Below, in pieces: positions 18,095 through 28,952 of a stretch of 64,000 nt of DNA. The stretch comes from an uncultured candidatus Porisulfidus sp. Lineage in GTDB: Bacteria > Pseudomonadota > Gammaproteobacteria > Poriferisulfidales > Poriferisulfidaceae. The notes beneath the pieces were generated by a model. The model saw only the letters and a program-made list of their open reading frames with translations. It searched no databases and was not told where the DNA came from. How positions within the stretch are numbered: position 1 is the stretch's first letter; each line of letters begins with the position of its first letter. A program made the position numbers and the translations under genes. Where the stretch lies: NCBI GenBank assembly GCA_965199755.1, contig CBDASZ010000001.1, positions 192,001-256,000 of the forward strand, written 5' to 3'.

Positions 18095-20864
18095 AAAAGC
18101 GCTGCTCACCGTTGCCTTCCACATTGTTATGACAGCGAGAGCACAACTCCGGGTGCCCGTCGATCGTGCTGACGCTTTCGCAGTGATGCCAGCAGCGGGT
18201 GCACTTGGGATGTTCTGAGGCGCGCACCTGAATGTCTGTCTCCTTGTTGTCTGCCGCGGCGTCCACCTCTGCGCTGGAGCAGATGAACAGGAAGTGCAAT
18301 TCATGGCCAAGTTTGTTGAGCATGGTGCCGGTATTCGTGTCTGTAGTCAGTTTCACGTCAGCATCCAGTCCGGCACCAATCTTGTCGTCCTGGCGCAGTT
18401 GTTCGAGTTTCTCATTGACGCGATCGCGCACCTCCAGCAGGATCGCCCACTCCTTATCGCTGATGACCGGCACGTCGCATTGCCAGGGGCTGAGGTCAAA
18501 CCATTCGCACAAATGCACTGAGTCTTCGCGCGGGCCGGGGATGTGCTCGTAGATCTCATCCGCGGTGAACGGACAGGCGGGTGCCAGCCAGCGCGACAGC
18601 GCCTCGGCCAATACGTACATGACGGTTTGCGCACTGCGTCGCGCCGGGTGCGTGTCCGGCAGTGTGTAAGTGCGATCTTTGGTGACATCCAGATACAGGG
18701 AGCCCAGTTCTGTGACACAAAAGTTATGCAATCGCTGGATGACGCGGTGGAACTGGTAGCGCTGATAGTTTCCTCGAATGCTCTCATCTTCTTCCGTGAT
18801 ACGGCGCAGCATCCATTGATCAAGCGCGACCATGTCTTCGGGCGGTACGGTGTGGGTGGCGGGATCGAAGTCATGCAGGCTGGAGAGCAGATAGCGCGCG
18901 GTATTGCGAATGCGGCGGTAGGCCTCGGAGGTGTGGCTGAGGATCTCATCCGATACCGCCATCTCGCCGCTGGTGTCGGTGGAGGCGACCCACAGGCGCA
19001 GCACGTCGGCTCCCATCTTGTCGATGACTTTCTGCGGCAGGATCACATTGCCGCGGGACTTTGACATCTTGTGGCCCTTCGCGTCGACCACGAATCCGTG
19101 AGTCAACACGCCTGTGTAAGGCGCGGCACCGTCGTTGAGGGCGACCGAAGTCAGCAGTGAAGACTGGAACCAGCCGCGGTGTTGGTCGGAGCCTTCCAGA
19201 TACAGTTCGGCCTGAATCCCGTCGCCGTATTCGGGGGTCAGCACGGTGCGGTGCGTGACGCCGGAATCAAACCAGACGTCCAGCGTGTCGGAAGACTTGA
19301 CCCATTCATTGGCATCGTCACCGAGGAGTTCGGCGGGGTCCAGATCGGACCAGGCGTCAATACCGTCTTCTTCAATGCGTTCGGCGACTCGCTCAATCAG
19401 GGCCGGAGAGTCCGGGTGTAGTCGGCCGTCGTCGCGATGCGTGAACACGGCGATCGGCACGCCCCAGTTGCGCTGGCGGCTGATGCACCAGTCGGGCCGC
19501 CCTTCCACCATGCCGCGGATGCGCTCGCGTCCCCAGTCAGGATGCCAGGTGACGTGCATGGTCGCTTCCAGCGCCTGATCGCGCAGTTCGTGTGTCTTCA
19601 TATCAATGAACCATTGCGGCGCAGAGCGAAACAGCAGCGGGGTGTGGTGACGCCAGCAGTGCGGGTAACTGTGTTCGTAAGCCTCATGCGCGAGCAGATG
19701 GCCGCTGGTTTGGAGCGTCTCCAGGATGCGAGTGTTGGCATCCTTGGTGGGAAGGTCGCCGACGATGGGGGTGTCGTGCAGAAAATGTCCGTCCACGTCG
19801 ACCGGGCAGTGCACCGGGAGATCAAACTTCAGGCCGATGGCGTGGTCATCCGGGCCGTGTGCGGGCGCGGTGTGTACGCAGCCGGTGCCGTCTTCAGCGG
19901 TGACGTGCGTCCCGACAATAACCGGCACGGTCTTGTCCAGAAATGGGTGATGCAGCATGACTCCGGACAGTTGCGCACCGGTGACTGTAGCGTTGCTTGC
20001 GGCTTGCGCGCCAGTGCGCGCGGCGAAGGATTCCTGCAGGTCTGCGGCGATGACCAGGTGGCGGCCGTCGTGTTGAGTGAGGGTGTATTTCAGTTCCGGG
20101 TGCAGGCAGACCGCTTCGTTGGCGAGCAATGTCCATGGCGTAGTGGTCCAGATCACTACAGAAATAGCGGTATCTGCAGACAGCCCGAAATGCTCCGCCA
20201 GCGCCCCATCCGCGGCATCGAAGCGCACGTCAATCGCGGGTGACGTATAGGGTTCATACTCCACTTCGGCTTCCGCCAGCGCCGAGTGGCAGTCGGCGCA
20301 CCAGTAGACCGGTTTGGTGCCGCGTGTGAGGTAGCCTTTCTCAAGCAACTGGCCCAAAGCCCGGACAATGCCGGCCTCAGTGGCCGGTGCCATGGTCAGA
20401 TACGGATCATCCCATTGTCCGAGCACGCCCATGCGGATAAACTCCTCGCGCTGCAGATCGATCTGTTCGGTGGCGTATTCCCGGCAGGCGGCGCGAAAGG
20501 CGCGGCCGTCGGCGCGTTGCTCGCGGGACAGATTCTTCTCAACTTGCAATTCGATCGGCAGGCCGTGGCAGTCCCAGCCAGGCCGATAAGGGGCATCGAA
20601 GCCGTCAAGATTGCGGGCGCGCACGATAATGTCCTTGAGTGTTTTGTTGACGGCGTGGCCCATGTGCAGAGCGCCGTTGGCGTACGGCGGGCCGTCATGC
20701 AGTAAAAACCGTTCTCTGCCGGCGCGCGCTTCGCGTAGCCGTGCATACAGATCAAGTTCCTGCCACTTCTCAAGGCGTTCGGGTTCGCGCACGGCAAGAT
20801 TGCCGCGCATCGCGAACTCGGTGCGTGGCAAATTCAGGGTGTCGCGGTAGGGATTAGGCGGCAT
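18087..20864 (-). CDS. ileS: Isoleucine--tRNA ligase (type 1)
   Basis: LHDGPPYANG.LHMGH, WDCHGLPIE, WCISRQR, EGSDQHRGWF, KMSKS, C-terminal Zn knuckle. Confidence 0.97.
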   Translation of the reverse strand: MPPNPYRDTLNLPRTEFAMRGNLAVREPERLEKWQELDLYARLREARAGRERFLLHDGPPYANGALHMGHAVNKTLKDIIVRARNLDGFDAPYRPGWDCHGLPIELQVEKNLSREQRADGRAFRAACREYATEQIDLQREEFIRMGVLGQWDDPYLTMAPATEAGIVRALGQLLEKGYLTRGTKPVYWCADCHSALAEAEVEYEPYTSPAIDVRFDAADGALAEHFGLSADTAISVVIWTTTPWTLLANEAVCLHPELKYTLTQHDGRHLVIAADLQESFAARTGAQAASNATVTGAQLSGVMLHHPFLDKTVPVIVGTHVTAEDGTGCVHTAPAHGPDDHAIGLKFDLPVHCPVDVDGHFLHDTPIVGDLPTKDANTRILETLQTSGHLLAHEAYEHSYPHCWRHHTPLLFRSAPQWFIDMKTHELRDQALEATMHVTWHPDWGRERIRGMVEGRPDWCISRQRNWGVPIAVFTHRDDGRLHPDSPALIERVAERIEEDGIDAWSDLDPAELLGDDANEWVKSSDTLDVWFDSGVTHRTVLTPEYGDGIQAELYLEGSDQHRGWFQSSLLTSVALNDGAAPYTGVLTHGFVVDAKGHKMSKSRGNVILPQKVIDKMGADVLRLWVASTDTSGEMAVSDEILSHTSEAYRRIRNTARYLLSSLHDFDPATHTVPPEDMVALDQWMLRRITEEDESIRGNYQRYQFHRVIQRLHNFCVTELGSLYLDVTKDRTYTLPDTHPARRSAQTVMYVLAEALSRWLAPACPFTADEIYEHIPGPREDSVHLCEWFDLSPWQCDVPVISDKEWAILLEVRDRVNEKLEQLRQDDKIGAGLDADVKLTTDTNTGTMLNKLGHELHFLFICSSAEVDAAADNKETDIQVRASEHPKCTRCWHHCESVSTIDGHPELCSRCHNNVEGNGEQRFYV

Positions 20865-21825
20865 CGGCGAAATAGGCTCTGGCATCGTCGATGTCGCGGG
20901 CGATCTGTTTGCGCAGGTGCTGGACGGATGAAAATTTTTCCTCGGCGCGCAGGCGGCGACAAAACTCCACGGTGAATCGCTTTCCGTACAGATCTCCGGC
21001 AAAGTCTAGCAGATGAACTTCAATAACAAGGCGTGTGCCATCGACCGTGGGACGGACTCCGACATTGGCGACTGCAGGGTATTCCTGATCTGCGCTATGC
21101 GCCAGCACCGCGAACACGCCTCGCACCGGTGGTATATGTGGGAAATCAAGATTGGCGGTCGGGAAGCCGATTTCGCGCCCGCGGGCGTCACCGCGAATGA
21201 CTGTTGCACTGATGGCGTAAGGATGACCAAGCAGATCCACGGCCAGATCAATGTCTCCGGCACTTAAGGCTTCGCGGATTCGGGTGCTGCTGATGCGCAG
21301 TTGGTTTCCAGCATCGTCGGCGTGGTCGATCGTGGTGGTGAGTTCGAACTCGAAGCTGTAATTTCCGGACTCTTTTATTAGCAGTCCTACATCACCTTCG
21401 CGACCGCGCCCGAACCGAAAATCCTCACCTACCGTCAAGTAGCGCGTATTCAGTTGGCCCCACAGAAAATTCCGTATGAATTCATGAGCGCTTATATTGG
21501 AGAGCATATCATTGAACGGGAGGACGGCGATGTTATCCAGTTGTGGGCAGTGCGTGTCAATCAGTTGGGCCTTGTCCTCCAGTGCGCTGATGCGTGGCGG
21601 CGCATTATTGCCAAAAAAGAACTCTTGCGGAGAAGGCTCGAAACTCAGCAACAGGGATTGCAGCCCGCGTTCCTTTGCGGTGGCAGTGAGTTGTTGCAGC
21701 ACTGCCTGATGGCCGCGGTGGAGGCCGTCGTAATTACCGATGGTGACCGCGCGCGGGAACGGCCTGAGGTCCATAAGGGATTGCACCCGGTGGTATCCGG
21801 GGCAATCGTCAGGCAACAGGCTCAT
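20854..21825 (-). CDS. ribF: Bifunctional riboflavin kinase/FAD synthetase
   Basis: TIGNYDGLHRGHQ, VGEDFRFG, ISSTRIR, GR.IGFPTAN, NVGVRPT, EVHLLDF. Confidence 0.95.
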   Translation of the reverse strand: MSLLPDDCPGYHRVQSLMDLRPFPRAVTIGNYDGLHRGHQAVLQQLTATAKERGLQSLLLSFEPSPQEFFFGNNAPPRISALEDKAQLIDTHCPQLDNIAVLPFNDMLSNISAHEFIRNFLWGQLNTRYLTVGEDFRFGRGREGDVGLLIKESGNYSFEFELTTTIDHADDAGNQLRISSTRIREALSAGDIDLAVDLLGHPYAISATVIRGDARGREIGFPTANLDFPHIPPVRGVFAVLAHSADQEYPAVANVGVRPTVDGTRLVIEVHLLDFAGDLYGKRFTVEFCRRLRAEEKFSSVQHLRKQIARDIDDARAYFADAA

Positions 21826-23395
21826 CGTGACTGGAAGTGGAGATCGCGCGGAACTGGTGCGGGCGGATTCCCATGGCAAGCAGGGAGACCAGATAGAGGA
21901 CGGAGCCCAAGGCGATCAAAAAGAGCAAATGCAGCAGGCGTTCCCAGAAGGGCCAAGCGGCCCACTCGCTGGTGGATGGGATCAGCAAAAACAGGATGCT
22001 GCCCATGATAATGCAGGCAAGACCCGCTTGGAGGGTTAGGCGGCTTGTCTGACGCGCGACGCGGTAGTGTCCGCGTGTGCGTAGTCCTTTGTAGAGAAGA
22101 GCGGCGTTGAGGTAGGCGGCCAGCGCGGTCGCCATTGCCAGTCCGGTATGCGCGCCGGGTTCGTCGGTCGCCAGCCAGCCGAGTACGAATACGCCTGTCA
22201 GCACCATATTGGCCAGCATGGCGATGACGCCGATTTTGACCGGGGTGCGGGTGTCCTGATGGGCGAAGAAGCCGGGCGCGAAGACTTTGATCATGATGTA
22301 AGCGGGCAGGCCGAGTGCGAAGGCGGCCAGTGACAAGCCGGCCATTTGCGTGTCAAACATCGAAAATTCGCGGTACTGCAGCAGTGTAATCAGAATCGGC
22401 TCGGCCAGCAATACCAGACCCACGGTTGAAGGCAGCGCCACTATCAGCCCGACGCGCACGCCCCACTCAATGCTTTCTTGAAATCCCTCGGTGTCATCAT
22501 GCTCGCGGCATTGCGCGAGTTTCGGCAGCAGCACCGTACCCATGGAGACACCGAACAATGCGAGCGGTAATTCCACAAAACGGTCTGAAAGGTATAGCCA
22601 ACTGATGCTGCCGACGGCGAGGAATGAAGCGACCAGCGTGTCGAACAGCAGATTGATTTGCACCACGGAGGAGCCGAACAAAGCAGGCAGCATGAGTTTG
22701 GCGATGCGCCGAAATCCGCTGTGCTGCCAGTCCCAGCGCGGGCGCGGTAGCAGACCATGGCGAATCAGTGCTGGTAGTTGCACGGCCAACTGCAGAACGC
22801 CGGCGGCAAATACGCCCCAAGCCAAGGCGTAGACGGGTTGCTCCATCATCGGTGCGAGCCACATCACGGCCGCGATCATGGAGAGGTTGAGTACGGCCGG
22901 GGTCAGGGCCGGCAGCGCGAAGCGGCCGATGGCATTCAGCATGCCCCAAGCCATGGCGGTCAGCGAGATAAACAGTACATACGGGAATGTGATCTGCAGC
23001 AGATCCACGGCCATGTCAGCGCGCGGGTCATTGTCGAGTGAGAAGCCTGGCGCGAAAATCAAAATCAATACCGGTGCTGCCAAGATGCCGATGGTGGTGA
23101 TGACGAGCAGCACGACGGCTAAAGCGCCGGAAGTCGCGTCAATCAGTGAGCGCAGTTGCTCCGGGCGTTTCTCGCGGTATTCCGTGAATACGGGCACGAA
23201 GGCTTGTGAGAAGGCACCTTCCGCAGACAGGCGGCGCAGGAAGTTTGGAATGCGAAAGGCGACAATGAAGGCGTCCAGCGCACCGTGGGCGTTGCTGATG
23301 AAGATGAAAATGGCCGCGTCACGGGCATAGCCCAGCACGCGCGACAGCGCAGTCATTACGGCGGTGGTTGCCAAGGCGCGGAATAAACGGATCAT
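21809..23395 (-). CDS. murJ: Lipid II flippase MurJ (MviN)
   Basis: SRVLGYARD, DAFIVAFRIPNFLRRL.AEGAFSQAFVP, F.AHQDTRTPV. Confidence 0.95.
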   Translation of the reverse strand: MIRLFRALATTAVMTALSRVLGYARDAAIFIFISNAHGALDAFIVAFRIPNFLRRLSAEGAFSQAFVPVFTEYREKRPEQLRSLIDATSGALAVVLLVITTIGILAAPVLILIFAPGFSLDNDPRADMAVDLLQITFPYVLFISLTAMAWGMLNAIGRFALPALTPAVLNLSMIAAVMWLAPMMEQPVYALAWGVFAAGVLQLAVQLPALIRHGLLPRPRWDWQHSGFRRIAKLMLPALFGSSVVQINLLFDTLVASFLAVGSISWLYLSDRFVELPLALFGVSMGTVLLPKLAQCREHDDTEGFQESIEWGVRVGLIVALPSTVGLVLLAEPILITLLQYREFSMFDTQMAGLSLAAFALGLPAYIMIKVFAPGFFAHQDTRTPVKIGVIAMLANMVLTGVFVLGWLATDEPGAHTGLAMATALAAYLNAALLYKGLRTRGHYRVARQTSRLTLQAGLACIIMGSILFLLIPSTSEWAAWPFWERLLHLLFLIALGSVLYLVSLLAMGIRPHQFRAISTSSHDEPVA

Positions 23396-23615
23396 CCCCG
23401 GGGGCTTCTGTGGGAGCGAAAAGGCGACGGATCGCCGGTGACTTGGAAGTTCAGTGCGGCTTCGATTGAAGGATTCGAAGGGGTTCAATTATAAGGCTCA
23501 GGAAGAAATGTTGTCGAAACGAGTACTTGCATTACACAATGCAACTAGGATCAAGACTCCCGTAATATAATTGCCTTTCCTAGACTCCAAAAGCGTTCAG
23601 CAACCGCCTGGTTTT

Positions 23616-23985
23616 ATGAAGGTTCACGAAACCAAACTCATTAAATTTCTTAAACAAAGACGAACCTGCACAATTCTCGATTCCTATCTACCAGCGCAAG
23701 TATAGTTGGGGAAAGCCGGAATGCAAACAACTTTGGGATGACATTCGGAGAGCGGGTTCCAATCCTATGCGGCAACTCATTTCACTGGTTATATAGTCTA
23801 TATAGACCCAGGCCTTAATACAAGGCGGGTTAGCCGAATTGGTAGTAATTGATGGTCAGCAGCGTTTGACGACCTGATGCTTTTACTTGAAGCACTTGGG
23901 CGACACATTGAAAATTAAAGATTATGGAGCAGTAGTGGGAAAAGGGTTTTCTGCTAACGATATTCGCAGCAAATACTTAAAAATA
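23616..23985 (+). pseudogene. GmrSD (DUF262) type IV restriction gene, 5' fragment
   Basis: Frameshifted pieces MKVHETKL.., QFSIPIYQRKYSW..CKQLWDDI.RAG, HFTGYIVYI, VIDGQQRLTT; ends at the IS target duplication. Confidence 0.8.
23978..23985 (+). repeat. 8-bp target-site duplication, left copy (TAAAAATA)
   Basis: Identical to 26633-26640; both copies directly flank the inverted repeats. Confidence 0.9.
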
Positions 23986-24002
23986 GGGAATTATATACAA
24001 TG

Positions 24003-24878
24003 TTATCCATAAGGTATCTCGTGGCGAGAAAGTGATTGCGGGCACCCCTCTAACTGCACATCAAATTTAAGGGATGGGAGTATTTTACTTTCTGCGTTAT
24101 GCACACGGAATGATACCTGCCAACCACGATCCATGGTCATTATTGCCGTTGTCTTACTTCTTGGTTTCATTGAGATTTCAACTATCCTTTTAGGCATGGG
24201 AATCCGGCTACCCCATTGCAGATTTCCGCTCATATTAAATGACTGGATTGAGATATGACCGTTTTCTTTAATAATCTTGTAAAAATCGTGCCTACCAAGT
24301 AAATATCGCAACATCTTTTCCGGGTCGGCATTTTCTTCTATTTCCCTGATAAAAGCATTCAGAAGAGGTATATAGACTCCCTCATGTTTATCGTCTAGGT
24401 CGCGCCACAACTGACCTGTTTTCTTTTGCAACTTGTGGAAAACAGGCAATACTGCTTCCCAGTACTTTGTAGTGCAATGCTGACCATACCAAATTTCCCC
24501 GAAATCTAACTGGTCTGATAAACGGGGGTGCTTAAGTGCCTTGTGCCGATGTTTTGCTGATATGCCAATAATTGTCTCTGGTGTGTATATGAGAATATCC
24601 CGAACATCCCCAGACTGACCCGTGCTGTCCGCTTGCAACTCTATCCGTCGAGCATCCAATAAGCGAGAGTCATGTGTGCGTAGGAAAACCACGGCCTCGC
24701 CTGCCGCACGATCAATACGGCGGCGGTCATTGTTGTTAAGCAAGTCGTATGAATTTTGGGACTTGTTCCCCGCCCCATTTACTACTAGATTGATCTCGTT
24801 ATTCAAGACATCTACAAATTGACGGGCTAACCCATACTCCCAAGCCTTGCCGCTTTCAGTCTGAGTTATCTTCTTCAT
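24003..24878 (-). CDS. HaeIII-family type II restriction endonuclease
   Basis: GKAWEY, LQAD..GQSGDVRDILI, GISAKH.H.ALKH.RLS..LDFG, VY.PLL.AF, YLLG..DFYK, GWQVSFRVHNA, PSLKFDVQL; uninterrupted. Confidence 0.85.
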   Translation of the reverse strand: MKKITQTESGKAWEYGLARQFVDVLNNEINLVVNGAGNKSQNSYDLLNNNDRRRIDRAAGEAVVFLRTHDSRLLDARRIELQADSTGQSGDVRDILIYTPETIIGISAKHRHKALKHPRLSDQLDFGEIWYGQHCTTKYWEAVLPVFHKLQKKTGQLWRDLDDKHEGVYIPLLNAFIREIEENADPEKMLRYLLGRHDFYKIIKENGHISIQSFNMSGNLQWGSRIPMPKRIVEISMKPRSKTTAIMTMDRGWQVSFRVHNAESKILPSLKFDVQLEGCPQSLSRHEIPYG

Positions 24879-24879
24879 A

Positions 24880-25713
24880 TTAGAGATTGACGATAAGAAC
24901 TTCCTTTGATTGTTTGTCGCCGGACATTCCATAATTCCAAGATGGTGTAAGTATATCGTATTGGCTATACATCTGTCTGATTTTTTTGCTGTCGTTGTAA
25001 CTCATTATCCAGCCATTTCTCTGCTTCAATTCTTCTGCAAGTTCCTCGTGGTTAAATCCTTCATGCATATCGCCGCGGTCGCCGTATAACTTTTCACCAT
25101 TAGCATAGGGAGGGTCAAGGTAGAGTAATTTTTCAGAATGACGCTTGATTGTGTCTTTGTAATCAGCATAACGCACATTCAAGTTGCGGGCGCGGAAATC
25201 GCGCAATCTCTCTATCGCACTGGGTGTAAAACGAGGATGCCCCGGAGACATCCCACCAGATAGCGTAGTACCAGAAAAAGACGATCGATTCAGCACATAA
25301 AAAACGGCCGCTCTATCTAGCGCATCTGTAATATCTTCATAACCCTTCTGCAAATTGTAGAACTTTGTCTTTGTTAGGGGGTGATAAACACGGACGTGCT
25401 CGGCAAGTAAAACAGGACTGTTTTTCGCGTGTCGCCAGAAATTCACAAGTGGCTCAAAAGCATCTGCTCCATAAACCTTTATTCCGTCTGCGGCACAAGA
25501 CAACTCAACACTGCCCCCTCCTAAAAATGGTGCAGCTATCTTGTCTGTTCCCTCTGGAATGTATGCCTTGATCGTCTCGACTGCTCGGAACTTCCCACCG
25601 GGATAACGGAGAGGAGATTTTGCGCTGTGCGGCAAGCGTGGTGTCGATACAACACGAGATAGTGCAGGTTCAAATCCTCCTGCCAACCCCGGAATTACAC
25701 TCGGAGTTCTCAT
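24880..25713 (-). CDS. DNA amino-methyltransferase, Dam/D12 (alpha) class
   Basis: KSPLRYPGGK, PFLGGGSV (motif I), FYVLNRSSFSG, LYLDPPY (motif IV), WIMSYND; uninterrupted. Confidence 0.9.
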   Translation of the reverse strand: MRTPSVIPGLAGGFEPALSRVVSTPRLPHSAKSPLRYPGGKFRAVETIKAYIPEGTDKIAAPFLGGGSVELSCAADGIKVYGADAFEPLVNFWRHAKNSPVLLAEHVRVYHPLTKTKFYNLQKGYEDITDALDRAAVFYVLNRSSFSGTTLSGGMSPGHPRFTPSAIERLRDFRARNLNVRYADYKDTIKRHSEKLLYLDPPYANGEKLYGDRGDMHEGFNHEELAEELKQRNGWIMSYNDSKKIRQMYSQYDILTPSWNYGMSGDKQSKEVLIVNL

Positions 25714-26546
25714 CGCACTAATTCGGTATAGTGGAGTTCAGTTCCTGTGCCGCCTGTTACCGTGTGCTCTATCTTCGCAAGAGTTCCCTGTTTCCGCATA
25801 TTATGCCGTGTTAAAAACTCATCAATGTAGCGGTGCAAGTGCTTCTGTGACATTGAATGATGAGTGCCATAGCGTCCACGCTTCAATAGCGCCCAGAAGG
25901 ACTCAATGCCGTTGGTATGCGCCATATCACGCACATACTCTCCAACGCTATGGCACACTGCGCTATGATCAAAATCAACCATGCCAAGATAACTCCTGTA
26001 GTCATCAGTATAAACTACTTTCCCCCCTTCGTGGCCTCCCGGACAAATCCCTGCAACTCGTTGTTGTCAGTGTGTTGCACATGACGCGCTTGAACTTTTC
26101 CACCTCGCCGAGTATGTGTGCCGACAACAGCAGCTTTCCCAACAGCACCGCGTCCAGCACGAAGTTTCTTGTTGGAGTGCTTGTTCTTCTTCTTTCCCCC
26201 AATGTATGTTTCATCAACTTCTACTGGGCCAGTGATCAAACCACCCATCTGCTCCCATGCTTTGCGAATGCGGTGTGCTAGAAACCATGCTGATGTTTGT
26301 TGTGCCATAATCGTGTTGGTTCGCACACTGAAATGTTGTCTGCATGAGCGACAACGGAATGGCTGGGGCTTGCGGTTTCTAGTCTCGGCTATATTCTCAC
26401 TGCTACACTTGGGGCAAACTGGCTCCTCTCTCCACCGCAACTCAATCAAATATCTTTCGGCGGTTTGTTCGTTAGGGATTCGTTGCAGAAACTACGCACA
26501 TGCTGATTTCGTTATTCGGCTTGTATGTGTCGGTCTTTTTAGGCAT
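25710..26546 (-). pseudogene. IS1595-family (ISXO2-like DDE) transposase, disrupted
   Basis: CPKC..CRSC Zn ribbon, GPVEVDETYIGG, VYTD, HTNGIESFWALLKRG..GTHH; frameshifts near 26495 and 26020; HTH segment absent between TIMA and QQTSAWF. Confidence 0.88.
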
Positions 26547-26632
26547 GGGTTAACTCCGTTGTATGGCTAACATTGCTACCATACTATGAAGCAGATTTCA
26601 AGCTCGGTTGGTTAGCATTGTATATAGTTCCC

Positions 26633-26640
26633 TAAAAATA
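26633..26640 (+). repeat. 8-bp target-site duplication, right copy (TAAAAATA)
   Basis: Identical to 23978-23985. Confidence 0.9.
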
Positions 26641-27106
26641 GATGGCCGTACCAAACTTCTTTTGAATCAGGTAGATGAAGGCAGTCTGACTGCTATATTG
26701 ATAAATCGAGAGTTTCCCCAGGGGGTCAGACCGAATTAGCGAAAATTTTGAGTACTTTGATCAGGAAATTAGGGAACTTGATGCCACTGAATTGAGAGAA
26801 CTTTGTGGCGGGTTAAGAAAACTTATAGTTATTAGTGTCGGTGTTGGGCCGGGGGACGATAATCCTCAAAGAATCTTTGGAAGTATGAACGCAAAAGGAC
26901 TAGAGCTGACGCAGGCTGACAAGATTCTCAATTTTATCCTCATGGATTTAGAACTGGGCAAGCAAGAGGAATTATATGAAGATTACTGGCTAAAAATGGA
27001 ACAAGAGTTTGGGCAAGAAGAATATAGAGAAAGGTTTGATATGCTTATCTCCCCAAACTCCCGCAGAATATACGGCTTGCTAATGGTGAAAATTTTGTCT
27101 ATATAA
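26633..27106 (+). pseudogene. GmrSD (DUF262) gene, 3' fragment, truncated before the HNH domain
   Basis: KIDGRTKLLLNQVD.., ENFEYF, DDNPQRIFGSMNAKGLELTQADKILNFILM..LYEDYW.KME continue the 5' fragment. Confidence 0.8.
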
Positions 27107-27344
27107 GCCATCAGGGCATCAGTCTCGGATAAGTTACGGGGCTACCGCTTATTATGCGGACAGGTTATTGCGCCTACCCCCCGGTACTCTCACTTTATCA
27201 TGCTCCCAAGGCGCGTCCGTGAATACAAATGCGGCGCTTTAGATGCCGCCAGAAGATCAAAACAAAGCCTGTCTAAAATGCCTGGCAACAGTATTTGCAG
27301 GCAAATACTGGCACCCCACAATAAATGCACAGCCTAGTGCGCTG

Positions 27345-27353
27345 TGCTAAAAT
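27345..27353 (+). promoter_or_regulatory. Putative extended -10 element of the atp operon
   Basis: TGCTAAAAT ~70 bp upstream of atpI; identical to the element upstream of rpsP. Confidence 0.45.
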
Positions 27354-27420
27354 TCATCGCGCAAATTGAAGGTGTCGCGGGAGCAATCCACGATGCCGGG
27401 GATGCGCCACCGTAAAGGCC

Positions 27421-28651
<1,231 letters not shown>

Positions 28652-28662
28652 CGGATTTTTAA

Positions 28663-28932
<270 letters not shown>

Positions 28933-28952
28933 TCCCGCTGAGTGCGTAACTC

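Larger units (their letters stand above)
23986..26632 (-). mobile_element. IS1595-family cargo-carrying IS (tIS) with a type II R-M system
   Basis: Left end GGGAATTATATACAATGTTATCC versus reverse complement of right end GGGAACTATATACAATGCTAACC (20/23); 8-bp TSD; IS1595 transposase relic plus two passenger genes. Confidence 0.88.
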
